This document shows, piece by piece, positions 29,070-38,589 of a stretch of DNA of 64,000 nt. The notes beneath the pieces are model-generated. The model was not told the DNA's origin. It did not search any database and saw nothing but the letters and a program-made list of their open reading frames with translations. This DNA comes from a virus (Duplodnaviria > Caudoviricetes): positions 53,326-117,325 of IMG/VR virus record IMGVR_UViG_3300037067_009128. One strand, 5' to 3'. How positions within the stretch are numbered: position 1 is the stretch's first letter; the number at the start of each line of letters is the position of its first letter. Made by a program: the position numbers and the translations under genes.

Positions 29070-29244
29070 AATGATAAGTGAAGATTCTAGTAAAGATTAT
29101 ACATTTTTTTATGAACATGAAATGATTAATAAAGTAGTTAATTTGTACATAGGTGGTATGGCAATAGATGATATAGCTGTTTATGTAGAAATGGATACAG
29201 CAGCTGTAAATCAATTATTAGATTCTGTAATACCACATTTATAA
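29032..29244 (+). CDS. Small HTH-like protein (likely start 29071)
   Basis: LYIGGMAIDDIAVYVEMDTAAVNQLL. Confidence 0.5.
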   Translation: MMVHKPMILQENKMISEDSSKDYTFFYEHEMINKVVNLYIGGMAIDDIAVYVEMDTAAVNQLLDSVIPHL

Positions 29245-29252
29245 GGAAAGTT

Positions 29253-29618
29253 ATGGACATAGTAATGCACGGTACTCATGGTGGTATTATTAGGTATTTA
29301 ATGTTTAAATCTACATGGGCTTTTATTATTGGGTTTATTGAAGGTATATTACCTGATTTAATTGGTTATGTTGAGAAAATAATAAAGAAAGATAATAAAA
29401 AATGGGAATGGTATGTTAAAATTCATTTACCATTACCTGCAGAATATGTTGGATATGTCTTATTCTTTCAACCTATTGCGTTACATATATTTTTAGATTC
29501 TTTTACACACCATAAAAAGAAATGGTGGAAAGAATTGTTGTGGTTAGAAATTTTATTATGGGTAGTAACACTTTTTATTTTATATTTAATATGGAGAAAT
29601 AATTTATGGAGTTTATAG
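29253..29618 (+). CDS. Membrane metal-dependent hydrolase-like protein (YdjM-like)
   Basis: H...PDL...H...LHIFLDSFTH within hydrophobic helices. Confidence 0.6.
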   Translation: MDIVMHGTHGGIIRYLMFKSTWAFIIGFIEGILPDLIGYVEKIIKKDNKKWEWYVKIHLPLPAEYVGYVLFFQPIALHIFLDSFTHHKKKWWKELLWLEILLWVVTLFILYLIWRNNLWSL

Positions 29619-29959
29619 GAAAGTATATAAGTAAAGTAAATCATAATTATATAGTAAAAAGATTTACTATGGAAAGACAATTTTTTATTTCTAAAAGAAC
29701 TATATTTAAAATTAATTTTCAAGGTGTAGATTTAAATCTCGTTGTAATGATTGAAGATACAGAATCTTGTTTCTCTTGGATTTTGGCTTTAGAAACTTTA
29801 GATGGTTGTATTATAAAATATGAATGGTCTAATGATTATCAAGGAATAATGAGTCTTGAAACTCATTATGGGACTTGGTATTTAACTACTAGTTATTGGG
29901 CTTCTATGTTTCCAGAATTTGTACCATTTCAAATAAAAACATTGGGAGAAATAAAATGA
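29606..29959 (+). CDS. Hypothetical protein
   Basis: ORF in operon. Confidence 0.55.
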   Translation: MEFIGKYISKVNHNYIVKRFTMERQFFISKRTIFKINFQGVDLNLVVMIEDTESCFSWILALETLDGCIIKYEWSNDYQGIMSLETHYGTWYLTTSYWASMFPEFVPFQIKTLGEIK

Positions 29960-30225
29960 CTAATGAAATAGTATTAAATAAATTACTTGCGTTTATATTA
30001 ATAGAAGATGATGAACTTGAAGATTTAATTGAGAACATTGATAGTCTTAGAGTCAATTTTAGTATTGAATATCAAAAAATCTTGAATTTCATACAAGATT
30101 CCGGATTTAAATCCGGTAATGAACTTTCTGATTATTTTTATAAGAATCAACTTATTTTGAATGATATAAAAAATAATATGAGACACAGTATTGTAAATAA
30201 AATAATAAATGAAGTAGAGATATAA
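29896..30225 (+). CDS. Hypothetical protein (likely start near 29956)
   Basis: GGGAG upstream of the internal ATG. Confidence 0.55.
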   Translation: MGFYVSRICTISNKNIGRNKMTNEIVLNKLLAFILIEDDELEDLIENIDSLRVNFSIEYQKILNFIQDSGFKSGNELSDYFYKNQLILNDIKNNMRHSIVNKIINEVEI

Positions 30226-30233
30226 GAATATAA

Positions 30234-30509
30234 ATGGGACATTATTATAAAAACGTACCAGGTCTTGGAAGTGTTGCTGTAAGTAGGCATGCTCAATATA
30301 ATATAAGACAACAACAGATTCCTGAAAGTAATTTTATTAAAGTGTTATTTGAATCTAAGTCATTGGAAGAAGGATTTGAAGTTGTTAGAAGAGAAGGATT
30401 TGGGATTAGAATCATCATACTATTAAATCCAACACCATTCAAAGGAGCTAAACTTGTAAAATCAGTATTTTCCATTAAACCTCAAAAAGACTCTAAACAT
30501 CTTCATTAG
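30234..30509 (+). CDS. DUF4258/BrnT-like small protein
   Basis: VSRHAQ..IRQQQI....IKVL...LVKSVF pattern. Confidence 0.45.
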   Translation: MGHYYKNVPGLGSVAVSRHAQYNIRQQQIPESNFIKVLFESKSLEEGFEVVRREGFGIRIIILLNPTPFKGAKLVKSVFSIKPQKDSKHLH

Positions 30510-30589
30510 TAGCGAACCCAGTGGTAATTTGGATATTTAATATGCTTTTTACTTTATTAAAAAATTATTTTATTTTTATAAAATTTTTA

Positions 30590-30618
30590 TTGACAATTAA
30601 AATTTTATTTTATATATT
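30590..30618 (+). promoter_or_regulatory. Sigma-70-type early promoter
   Basis: TTGACA-17bp-TATATT with AT-rich upstream region, heading the 30.7-40 kb gene array. Confidence 0.75.
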
Positions 30619-30679
30619 GTATTGTAAATAAATTTTGATTGATTTTTAATTATTTAATAATAAAAAGGAATAAAATAAA

Positions 30680-31189
30680 ATGGAACAAACAATACAATTT
30701 GGTTTTAATACAATTCAATCAAATAGATTTGTGGGAGAAAGAAAAAAAGTTTATTTAAATGATGATCAAATTGCAAAAATTGAAGAAAGAAAAAAAGAAC
30801 AAAAGATTGAAAAGTTAGAATATCAATTTGATAAGTATGAATTTATTGTTAAAGAAATTAATGAAGAATTCAATACAAAAGGGCCAAAGGGATTAAACAA
30901 ATTAATGAAATCATGGAAAGATAAAAAACAATTTGAAGATTTTGATAAAGTTTATATTGATTTGATTGAAAAGTTTGGTGAAATAAAAGGTTCAATTAAG
31001 TTTATGTTTAAAATCAATAATGAATTTTTAAGATTTGATGATGGAGCAATCAATAAAACAAGAAATAGAATCAAAGTTCAAAGAAAAGAAAAGAAGTTAC
31101 CAAGTACAAAAGAATTACAAACAAAAGAAGTTGTTAGTTCAATTGTCAATAGTTTTGTTACAAGGGATAAAAGAAGAAGGATTTTTTAA
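30680..31189 (+). CDS. Hypothetical early protein
   Basis: First gene after the promoter; AAGGA RBS. Confidence 0.75.
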   Translation: MEQTIQFGFNTIQSNRFVGERKKVYLNDDQIAKIEERKKEQKIEKLEYQFDKYEFIVKEINEEFNTKGPKGLNKLMKSWKDKKQFEDFDKVYIDLIEKFGEIKGSIKFMFKINNEFLRFDDGAINKTRNRIKVQRKEKKLPSTKELQTKEVVSSIVNSFVTRDKRRRIF

Positions 31190-31236
31190 TTAAAAGTTTT
31201 TAGTTAGTTTAAAATAATTTAAGGAGTAAAGTAAAA

Positions 31237-31938
31237 ATGATTAATGTATTAAACAATGAAAAGTATCCTTCAAAAGAAGATATATTAAAAAGTTTACCTG
31301 ATAAGATTGTTATTAAAACGAAACATCCTATTAACAAGGTAAAAGTTTTGAAATATGAAATTGAAAAAGAAGGAGATACACCTTTAAATAGTAATGAATT
31401 TGAAACAATAGGGACATTTGAAGGTGAGTTAGAGATTACAGATGATATGAAATCTGCAATTTTAATATTAAATGAATCTTTTAATAATGGTCCTTATATA
31501 AGTTTCCCTGAAAATGGAGAAAGAACATTCTCAATAAAGTTTAATGAAAAAATAACTGATGATTTTGAGATATCTCAAGAAGATCTTGATAAATTAATAC
31601 TTCAAAGATCTGCTTGGGGAGCTTATACATGGATTTATTATTATAAAGACATGATATCAAGAATGAATAGTTATAATTTTGATTTAACAAAAAAGGTTAA
31701 AAAAAATTCAAAAAGATTTCAATTGTTGTGGTTATTTGTGAATGTTTCTACATCATTTAAAAGAAGTGAATTAGTATCAAAATTAGGTAAACCTGGTATA
31801 ACAGATTTATTATGGAGCTTTGTTGGTGATAAACGAAATGATGGATTCTACAAAGCTCCTTTAATATTAAGAACTGGTAATGGTTGGTATGAATTAACTG
31901 ATTATGGAAAATTAGTATACGATAATTCAAATAAATAA
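31237..31938 (+). CDS. Hypothetical protein with C-terminal wHTH-like segment
   Basis: LILRTGNGWYELTDYG wing motif. Confidence 0.65.
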   Translation: MINVLNNEKYPSKEDILKSLPDKIVIKTKHPINKVKVLKYEIEKEGDTPLNSNEFETIGTFEGELEITDDMKSAILILNESFNNGPYISFPENGERTFSIKFNEKITDDFEISQEDLDKLILQRSAWGAYTWIYYYKDMISRMNSYNFDLTKKVKKNSKRFQLLWLFVNVSTSFKRSELVSKLGKPGITDLLWSFVGDKRNDGFYKAPLILRTGNGWYELTDYGKLVYDNSNK

Positions 31939-31954
31939 AAGGAGTTAAAGTTAT

Positions 31955-32155
31955 ATGTCAAGTTATATTAAAAAGTTGGTTAAAAAACAAACTAATGTAA
32001 ATAAGTTTGATAGTAATTCAAATACAACAATTAATTATGTAAGAGGTAAACTTATATTAAAGGATTTTTCTGAGCTTGAATTATTATGTGTTGCAAGTAA
32101 TTTGGAAAGTAATAAAGTAAAAGATAAAACAAAATTTAAAGTAATCACAGGTTAA
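31955..32155 (+). CDS. Hypothetical protein
   Basis: Junction-motif RBS. Confidence 0.6.
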   Translation: MSSYIKKLVKKQTNVNKFDSNSNTTINYVRGKLILKDFSELELLCVASNLESNKVKDKTKFKVITG

Positions 32156-32174
32156 TAAAAGGAGTAAAGTAAAA

Positions 32175-32630
32175 ATGGAAAAGTTATTAAGTTCAGATAA
32201 ATTAAAAGTAGTTGAAGCTTTATTTGATAATGAAATTCAAATATCAAGTTTCATTTTAGATCAGATTAGTGTTTCAAGAATTTCAAATTCTGATTCTGGT
32301 ATAAAAATTGAAGAAGAAAATATTTTATCAATTCTAACAAGAGATTTAGAATCATTATCAAAAGTATTGGAATTTTTAAATGCTTTAGGTTGGGTAGAAC
32401 ATACATCCGATTGGGATCCTTGGTTAATGATTAATTTTGTTGATGAACAAGAACAGTTTGAGAGTCCTTCAGGTTATTTTTTGTTTGATGTTGATAAGAT
32501 CATCAATACAATTGTTATAGAAGCACCTGATGAAGAAAATCTTGAAGAAGACGATGAAAGAAGATTCTATAAAGACGGGAAATATGTAATTCCTATAAAT
32601 TTAATTAAGTCAATAGATATAATGAGATAA
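32175..32630 (+). CDS. Hypothetical acidic protein
   Basis: Junction-motif RBS. Confidence 0.7.
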   Translation: MEKLLSSDKLKVVEALFDNEIQISSFILDQISVSRISNSDSGIKIEEENILSILTRDLESLSKVLEFLNALGWVEHTSDWDPWLMINFVDEQEQFESPSGYFLFDVDKIINTIVIEAPDEENLEEDDERRFYKDGKYVIPINLIKSIDIMR

Positions 32631-32653
32631 GCTAAAAAAAGGAGTAAAGTAAA

Positions 32654-33142
32654 ATGGAAGATCATAATTTATATCAAGAGTTAAAAGATTTAATTGCAAA
32701 AGAAGTTCCAAAAGAAATTCTTGAAAAAGAAGGGTATGCAATTGAAGATGTTATTAATAGTTTGAAATGTACTCAAAATGAGTTTTGTCCTAATATGTCA
32801 CTTATAGAGATATTTCAACAAGAAATTCTTTATTATAAGAATTTTGGAAGATCAGCTTTAGATTCTAATTATTGTGGGAAATCTATAGCAATTAATAATA
32901 AACCTGTTTGGAAACATTATCCTGGAGGTCATTTAGAATGTAATCCTACAGGTAGAACCACTTATAGAGAATTGAGAGATTTACTTAATCGTATGAGTGA
33001 TTTTCAATTAGATTGTGATGTTACTATTGAAGACCCATATAATGAACCTTTTAATATAGTAAAAGGGGAATTAACAATTTGTGGACCAGAACATAAGTTG
33101 GTAGATTTCTATCCTACAATAAGAATATTATATAAGGATTAA
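32654..33142 (+). CDS. Hypothetical protein
   Basis: Junction-motif RBS. Confidence 0.7.
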   Translation: MEDHNLYQELKDLIAKEVPKEILEKEGYAIEDVINSLKCTQNEFCPNMSLIEIFQQEILYYKNFGRSALDSNYCGKSIAINNKPVWKHYPGGHLECNPTGRTTYRELRDLLNRMSDFQLDCDVTIEDPYNEPFNIVKGELTICGPEHKLVDFYPTIRILYKD

Positions 33143-33145
33143 ACT

Positions 33146-33487
33146 ATGGAACAAATGATATCGTTTAATCTAGGTAAGAAATTTACCAAAAAAGAAATCA
33201 AAGAAATCAATAAAAAGAAAGATAATAATTCAGAAGTTATAACTTTTCAAGGGATTGACAAACAAACTTCTGGATATTATACACCTGTAAAAGATGACTT
33301 TGAAAAGGAAGATGAACAAGTTGATTGTAGATTTATTCAATTGTTACAACAATTAGATAATCAGTTGAGTCATATAGATAACCCTATGATTGCAGATTTA
33401 TTAATTCTGACAACCTTGAGAGATTTTGAAGATTCTCAAGCTGAACAAAAAATAAAAGATTATCAATTAATTTTAGGAGTAAAGTAA
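33146..33487 (+). CDS. Hypothetical protein (ends GVK inside the junction motif)
   Basis: ORF in array. Confidence 0.65.
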   Translation: MEQMISFNLGKKFTKKEIKEINKKKDNNSEVITFQGIDKQTSGYYTPVKDDFEKEDEQVDCRFIQLLQQLDNQLSHIDNPMIADLLILTTLRDFEDSQAEQKIKDYQLILGVK

Positions 33488-33488
33488 A

Positions 33489-33806
33489 ATGATTAATGCA
33501 GTAAATGATATAATTGCAATATCAACAAGGATTTATGAAATCTTATTAAATGATTCTGCTGAAGGGTATATTGTAAGACTTTTTATTCATGATGAAAAGA
33601 TACCAACTATATATCATTTTGATAATATACAAGAAATTAAATGGAATTGGTTTGGTACAGAAGAACAAATTAAGAATCATACAAAACAATGGTTAATAGA
33701 ACGTGAAGCAGAATTTGAGATTTTTAATTTAACTTCTGATTCATCTGAAGAGAAGTTTGTATTTCCAATGCATTATGTTTATGAATTTTTAATAGGAATT
33801 AAGTAA
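33489..33806 (+). CDS. Hypothetical protein
   Basis: Junction-motif RBS. Confidence 0.65.
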   Translation: MINAVNDIIAISTRIYEILLNDSAEGYIVRLFIHDEKIPTIYHFDNIQEIKWNWFGTEEQIKNHTKQWLIEREAEFEIFNLTSDSSEEKFVFPMHYVYEFLIGIK

Positions 33807-33971
33807 AATGATTTTTATTGTAACATCTGTAATTTTAAAAAGTGAAATTTTTTCAAAAGATGTTTATCATCGTTTTAATTCAAATTCAATAGATGAAGTT
33901 GTTGTAAAATTAAAAAGAAAGTATCCAGATTTAATTAATTATTATTATCACATTCAGAGGAATAAAGTAAA

Positions 33972-34232
33972 ATGAAATTAATTTTTTGTCCCATATGTAC
34001 TGATATTATTAGATTATCTCATGATAATTCTACAGTTTATTGTGAATGTAAAAAATCATCAGGTAGATATGTTAATCAAATTGATGCAATCATTTATGGA
34101 GAAGCAATTCCATTAGGTATTTCAAATGAATCTTTTTCAAAAGCTTTAAGGAATAGACCTCAAAATGGATTAGGTATTGAATTTAAAGCATTTGTAATTC
34201 CAGTTGAATGTAAATCAATAATTATAGGATAA
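33972..34232 (+). CDS. Hypothetical Zn-binding phage protein
   Basis: CPIC...CECKKSSGRY. Confidence 0.65.
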   Translation: MKLIFCPICTDIIRLSHDNSTVYCECKKSSGRYVNQIDAIIYGEAIPLGISNESFSKALRNRPQNGLGIEFKAFVIPVECKSIIIG

Positions 34233-34238
34233 AGTAAG

Positions 34239-34637
34239 ATGGAAGTAAATGATATTACAAATATGTTAAATTCTTGTGGATTAAACGTTACAACAATTGA
34301 TCTTGTAGACAATAATACAAAATGTATGACTTGTCAATGTATGTATATGGTACAAGAGATGGCTTCTAGAATTTGGACATGCCCAAATTGTGGGAAAACA
34401 GGATTTAAACCTTTTGTAGATTTAATTAACAAATATGCTAAAATTGATATGATTACATATGAAGAATCTTGGAATTTAGCAAATAATTTATTAATATTTA
34501 AACAAGAAGAATGTGAAAGTAAACATAAAATATATTTTGACGAAGACTATTTTTATAATGATTTGTTAGATTTTTATAAAAGAAGAAAGTTAAATAAATT
34601 TCAAAAAATATTAAGGTTTTTAAGGATTAAACAATGA
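34239..34637 (+). CDS. Hypothetical Zn-ribbon protein
   Basis: CMTC...WTCPNCG. Confidence 0.6.
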   Translation: MEVNDITNMLNSCGLNVTTIDLVDNNTKCMTCQCMYMVQEMASRIWTCPNCGKTGFKPFVDLINKYAKIDMITYEESWNLANNLLIFKQEECESKHKIYFDEDYFYNDLLDFYKRRKLNKFQKILRFLRIKQ

Positions 34638-34808
34638 TAATAAAAATATTAGATGAATTTGATGATGTTGTCGTTGAAGAATTTTATAATAAAGATGATT
34701 TTCAAGATTATTTTGACGAACATCCAGAATTGAATGTAGATCAAGTAATTATAAATGGTAGAATATTTTTTGATTGAGATGAAATTAATAATTATTTAGA
34801 GATACAAA

Positions 34809-35228
34809 ATGAAATATAAAAATAGAACACTTGATGTTAATAACATGATTCAAATTTATTTAGATGTACATAAAGAAAAGATTACTTTATGTGAAGCTGA
34901 AAAAATGTTAATTGCAACAAGAACTCTTCCAAAGTTAAATTCTGTTAGAGGTAATGGAGTTCAATTAAGATCTCTTTGGAATAAAAAAGCATTACTTGGT
35001 GCTTATAAGAATGAAAATGGTAATATTATGATTAAAAGAATAGAAGAACGTGAAGAAATGTTATCTATGAAAGAGGCAGCCAATAGATTATTCTGTACTC
35101 CGGGTAATGTTTATATTTTAATTAATAATGGTAGATTACCTATAAGAATAATAGGAAAGAAAACAAAGTATTTATATCAATCTGATATTGATAATTATAA
35201 TAAAGAATATTCAAAAGGAGTAAAGTAA
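34809..35228 (+). CDS. Excisionase/MerR-like HTH DNA-binding protein
   Basis: MLSMKEAANRLFCTPGNVYILINNGRLP. Confidence 0.75.
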   Translation: MKYKNRTLDVNNMIQIYLDVHKEKITLCEAEKMLIATRTLPKLNSVRGNGVQLRSLWNKKALLGAYKNENGNIMIKRIEEREEMLSMKEAANRLFCTPGNVYILINNGRLPIRIIGKKTKYLYQSDIDNYNKEYSKGVK

Positions 35229-35569
35229 TGAGTGATATTAAAATTAAAAATATTCCAGAAACTGAGTATGAAGTTGTAGAAACTACAACTGGTCCAGAAA
35301 AAGTGGAAGAAAAACCTAAAAAGAAAGTTGGAATTATTGGTAATGGATCAGCAATGCAAGCATTTAGTTTATTAATGGGTATGTCAGTTGTAAGTTTATA
35401 TCCTGATAGTACTTTTTTATTCACTAAAGAAGATCATCCATCAAAAGATAATAGACCTTTAAGAAGAAATGAAAAGACTTGTCCTGATTGTGGTCAACCG
35501 TTTACACCACATGGTCATAATAAATCTGATAGATGTACACCATATTTTAAAGCAAAATTTAAAATATAA
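35228..35569 (+). CDS. Hypothetical protein with CxxC motif
   Basis: CPDCG; junction-motif RBS. Confidence 0.6.
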   Translation: MSDIKIKNIPETEYEVVETTTGPEKVEEKPKKKVGIIGNGSAMQAFSLLMGMSVVSLYPDSTFLFTKEDHPSKDNRPLRRNEKTCPDCGQPFTPHGHNKSDRCTPYFKAKFKI

Positions 35570-35584
35570 AAGGAGTAAAGTAAA

Positions 35585-35968
35585 ATGGAAAGAAATCAAT
35601 TACAACAATTAATATGTCAAAAGTTTTTAGGATTGTGGCTTGCATATCCTGAATTAAGATTTAATCAATTAGTTCTTAGCTTATCTGATTATCCGAATGA
35701 TACATCTAAAATGTTTTATACAGAAGATGGGTGGTTTAATGATATGTTAACAAATGCTTCTAAGAATGGATTTTATAGAACTATTAGTCCAGTTGATATT
35801 AAAGACAAACAATTAGAATCCATGCTTGTTGATGGGCTTATGATCGAAGATGTTATTAAAAAGGTTATTGAAATGAATGGGTTAATTGGAGTAGGATTGG
35901 TAAGTTTACAAGAAGAAATTAATAATATCATGACAAGAATTAGACTTGATATGAACAAGAATCATTAA
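35585..35968 (+). CDS. Hypothetical phage protein
   Basis: LW..YPELRFNQL...FYTED pattern; junction-motif RBS. Confidence 0.65.
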   Translation: MERNQLQQLICQKFLGLWLAYPELRFNQLVLSLSDYPNDTSKMFYTEDGWFNDMLTNASKNGFYRTISPVDIKDKQLESMLVDGLMIEDVIKKVIEMNGLIGVGLVSLQEEINNIMTRIRLDMNKNH

Positions 35969-35985
35969 AAGAAGCAATATATTTG
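35968..35985 (+). promoter_or_regulatory. GA-N5-TAWWTTTR promoter motif
   Basis: AAAGA-agcaa-TATATTTG. Confidence 0.6.
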
Positions 35986-35991
35986 TATTGA

Positions 35992-36327
35992 TTGAAATTA
36001 AAATTTTATAATTTAATTAAAAGGCCTAAAATGAGTTTATTAAAAAAAGTTCCTAAGTATCATGCTAAAAAGATTCAAGAAATTGAGAAACTTACTGATT
36101 GTAGGTGTATAGGATATACAGGTGGACAACCTTCAAATGATATTGTACCTGAAGGAATTAATATTTTCTTATTCGTTTCTAATAAAGATGATGAAGAAAT
36201 GGTAATTGATGCTAATAAAATTAGAGAAATTATGTGGAAAGGTGAAGATTTACAGTCACATATTATGTTTGGATTTAATCATAGCAATCCCGATTCATTT
36301 TGGATGATTGAAACTTATTATTATTAA
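35992..36327 (+). CDS. Hypothetical protein (likely start 36031)
   Basis: Downstream of a promoter motif. Confidence 0.6.
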   Translation: MKLKFYNLIKRPKMSLLKKVPKYHAKKIQEIEKLTDCRCIGYTGGQPSNDIVPEGINIFLFVSNKDDEEMVIDANKIREIMWKGEDLQSHIMFGFNHSNPDSFWMIETYYY

Positions 36328-36371
36328 AGGAAATTAAAAAAAGAAACTAAAGAGATTAAAAAGAGATAATA

Positions 36372-36779
36372 ATGGAAACTAAAACAATTAATGCAATAGA
36401 TTTATCTGTACAACTAGAAAGACTTTATCCTGTTGAATGGAATAAACAAAATGAAAGAGAAGATGATAATATTATTCTTCAAGGTAATATTATTATTGAT
36501 AAAGAATATATTTGTCCTATAGATATCTATTTTAATATAGATGATGGATTTAATTTCTTTGAAGATGCTTTACCTAAGATAAATCAAAATAGTTTTGTTG
36601 TATTTAGAAAGATTGATAATGAGATTAGGATTTACCCTATAGAATGGTTAATGTGTGAAATACCATTTTTTGGATTAGCATCTGAAAATGATGATACTAC
36701 AATCATATTAATACGAGTATACGATATAGATTATGAATTTATAAAAGTTTATTGTGATACAAAATTAATTAAGGAGTAA
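36372..36779 (+). CDS. Hypothetical protein
   Basis: ORF in array. Confidence 0.65.
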   Translation: METKTINAIDLSVQLERLYPVEWNKQNEREDDNIILQGNIIIDKEYICPIDIYFNIDDGFNFFEDALPKINQNSFVVFRKIDNEIRIYPIEWLMCEIPFFGLASENDDTTIILIRVYDIDYEFIKVYCDTKLIKE

Positions 36780-36784
36780 AGATT

Positions 36785-37066
36785 ATGGGATCTTTAGTAC
36801 GTTCTAAAAATTGTGCAAAGATAGTAAGATTATATTATAATGATATTAAAAATATTTATAAAAAAGAAAAAAATTGGGATATAGATATTTTAGATAAAAA
36901 TGAATATGTTTATATTGTAATAAAAACAGCTGCTGAAAATTTTGTGTCTATTCCCATAATAGAAGGTGATGATTGTATAAGAGGAATGTGGATTGATATT
37001 AATATAACTGAAGAAAGAATGAAAGAGTTAATTCCTAATCTTTATAAGTATTTAATTAAGGAGTAA
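36785..37066 (+). CDS. Hypothetical protein
   Basis: AAGGAG RBS. Confidence 0.65.
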   Translation: MGSLVRSKNCAKIVRLYYNDIKNIYKKEKNWDIDILDKNEYVYIVIKTAAENFVSIPIIEGDDCIRGMWIDINITEERMKELIPNLYKYLIKE

Positions 37067-37069
37067 ACC

Positions 37070-37450
37070 ATGTTATTTGTTTGTGAATTTTGTGAAACTA
37101 TAAATGAAATAGATGATATCCTTAAAATTAAATGTGAAAATTGTGGTCATAAAGATCCTGTTAAATTCACAAGAGTTTATAGTCAAGATGAATACGATGA
37201 TAGAGTGTTAAATAAAGAAGATTTACCTAAGATTAAAGAAAAATTAAAAGATATAATACACAATATGCCTGATAAAAATAGTTTAACAGATTTAATAAAT
37301 GAATCTGAATCAAATCTAATAGATGTTGTATATATGCTAAAAACATATAGTGGGTTTGAGTATGATAAAGAGCATTTATTAAATACATTAAATTCTATTG
37401 CGATTGAAGCTAACAAGATTATTAAAATATTAAAGGATTATGTAAATTAA
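37070..37450 (+). CDS. Hypothetical Zn-ribbon protein
   Basis: CEFC...CENC. Confidence 0.65.
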   Translation: MLFVCEFCETINEIDDILKIKCENCGHKDPVKFTRVYSQDEYDDRVLNKEDLPKIKEKLKDIIHNMPDKNSLTDLINESESNLIDVVYMLKTYSGFEYDKEHLLNTLNSIAIEANKIIKILKDYVN

Positions 37451-37627
37451 TTTAGAATTCTTTCAAGGAATTGAAGATTATCCTGATTTTGTGCTTATGT
37501 GTACTAAATTAATTAATCTTGGAGTAGCTACAAAGGATTTATTAACTGAAGGTGAGACAAGATATTCAATTGCATTAATAGAGGATGTTTTAAGATAAAC
37601 TAATAAAGGAATATAAAGGTTAAAACA

Positions 37628-37876
37628 ATGACTGATGAAGAGAAAATAGAATTTAGAAAAGTCTTTATTAAAGATTTACAAAGTATAGCAAATGGTGTTT
37701 TTGGTATATGTAAAACTCTTTACACTTCTGATAAAAGAATGATTGTTTTGATGATTTGTATGCGATTTAATATAGATTATAATCCTGATGAGAAAATTAC
37801 AAGAGAAGAATTAATAAAAAAGTATCAAGAGTTGTACATCAAACAAATTGAAAAAAATATCATGGAGTTAGAATGA
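37628..37876 (+). CDS. Hypothetical protein
   Basis: ORF in array. Confidence 0.55.
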   Translation: MTDEEKIEFRKVFIKDLQSIANGVFGICKTLYTSDKRMIVLMICMRFNIDYNPDEKITREELIKKYQELYIKQIEKNIMELE

Positions 37877-37964
37877 ATAAACAAGAATGTGATTTATTAA
37901 CAAATTCTGTATGGGATTGCAGTAATTGTGAAGATTATAAACAATGTCAATATTCTAGAATTGG

Positions 37965-38402
37965 TTGGCACAATCTATTACTCCCAATAGTATTTATAGT
38001 ATGTACAATTATAGTTTTATGGAAGGTATTATGAGTTTATTTCAATGTTCAAAATGTGGTTGTATAGATAACACAGTTACTTCAAGACATGGATATGAAG
38101 GTATATATAGATTAATACCTGAAGATGTATTAAAGTCTTATAGAGAAGTTTTAAAATTAAAACCTGAAGATAATTTTGGGATTTATTGTTGTGTTTGTAG
38201 TCCCATTTGGTTTGATGAAAATGGAAAATATGGTATTGGACCAAAACCAGAAATAGATATTAAATTATATGAGTGGCATAATATATTCCCTAGAAGATTT
38301 TTACCATTAGGAGAATGGATTACTGATGAAGAAACTGGTAACCTCAAACATAAAACAACAGGTGAAAAGAATTATTATAAATATATAATTAAAGAGGAAT
38401 AA
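37965..38402 (+). CDS. Hypothetical Zn-binding phage protein (likely start 38031)
   Basis: MSLFQCSKCGCIDNT...CCVCSP...WHNIFPR. Confidence 0.7.
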   Translation: MAQSITPNSIYSMYNYSFMEGIMSLFQCSKCGCIDNTVTSRHGYEGIYRLIPEDVLKSYREVLKLKPEDNFGIYCCVCSPIWFDENGKYGIGPKPEIDIKLYEWHNIFPRRFLPLGEWITDEETGNLKHKTTGEKNYYKYIIKEE

Positions 38403-38406
38403 TCTA

Positions 38407-38589
38407 ATGAATAGTATTATGGTTGATGTAAGATGTTTTCATTATTTAAAAGAAAGAGATATTTTAATATTTCTAGATGCTAATGATTATAAATATTATA
38501 GAGATGATTACGATTTAACAATAATAAACCCAGATGAGTGTTGTGTTGAAGTTTTAACATCATTTGGTTATGAATTCAGAATATTATAA
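38407..38589 (+). CDS. Hypothetical protein
   Basis: GAGG RBS. Confidence 0.5.
   Translation: MNSIMVDVRCFHYLKERDILIFLDANDYKYYRDDYDLTIINPDECCVEVLTSFGYEFRIL

Larger units (their letters stand above)
31221..37072 (+). repeat. Dispersed gene-junction motif (A)AGGAGTAAAGTAA(AA)ATG
   Basis: Exact GGAGTAAAGTAA at 31223, 32161, 32641, 33476, 35217, 35572; variants near 31939, 33794, 33958, 34226, 36771, 37058. Confidence 0.9.
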
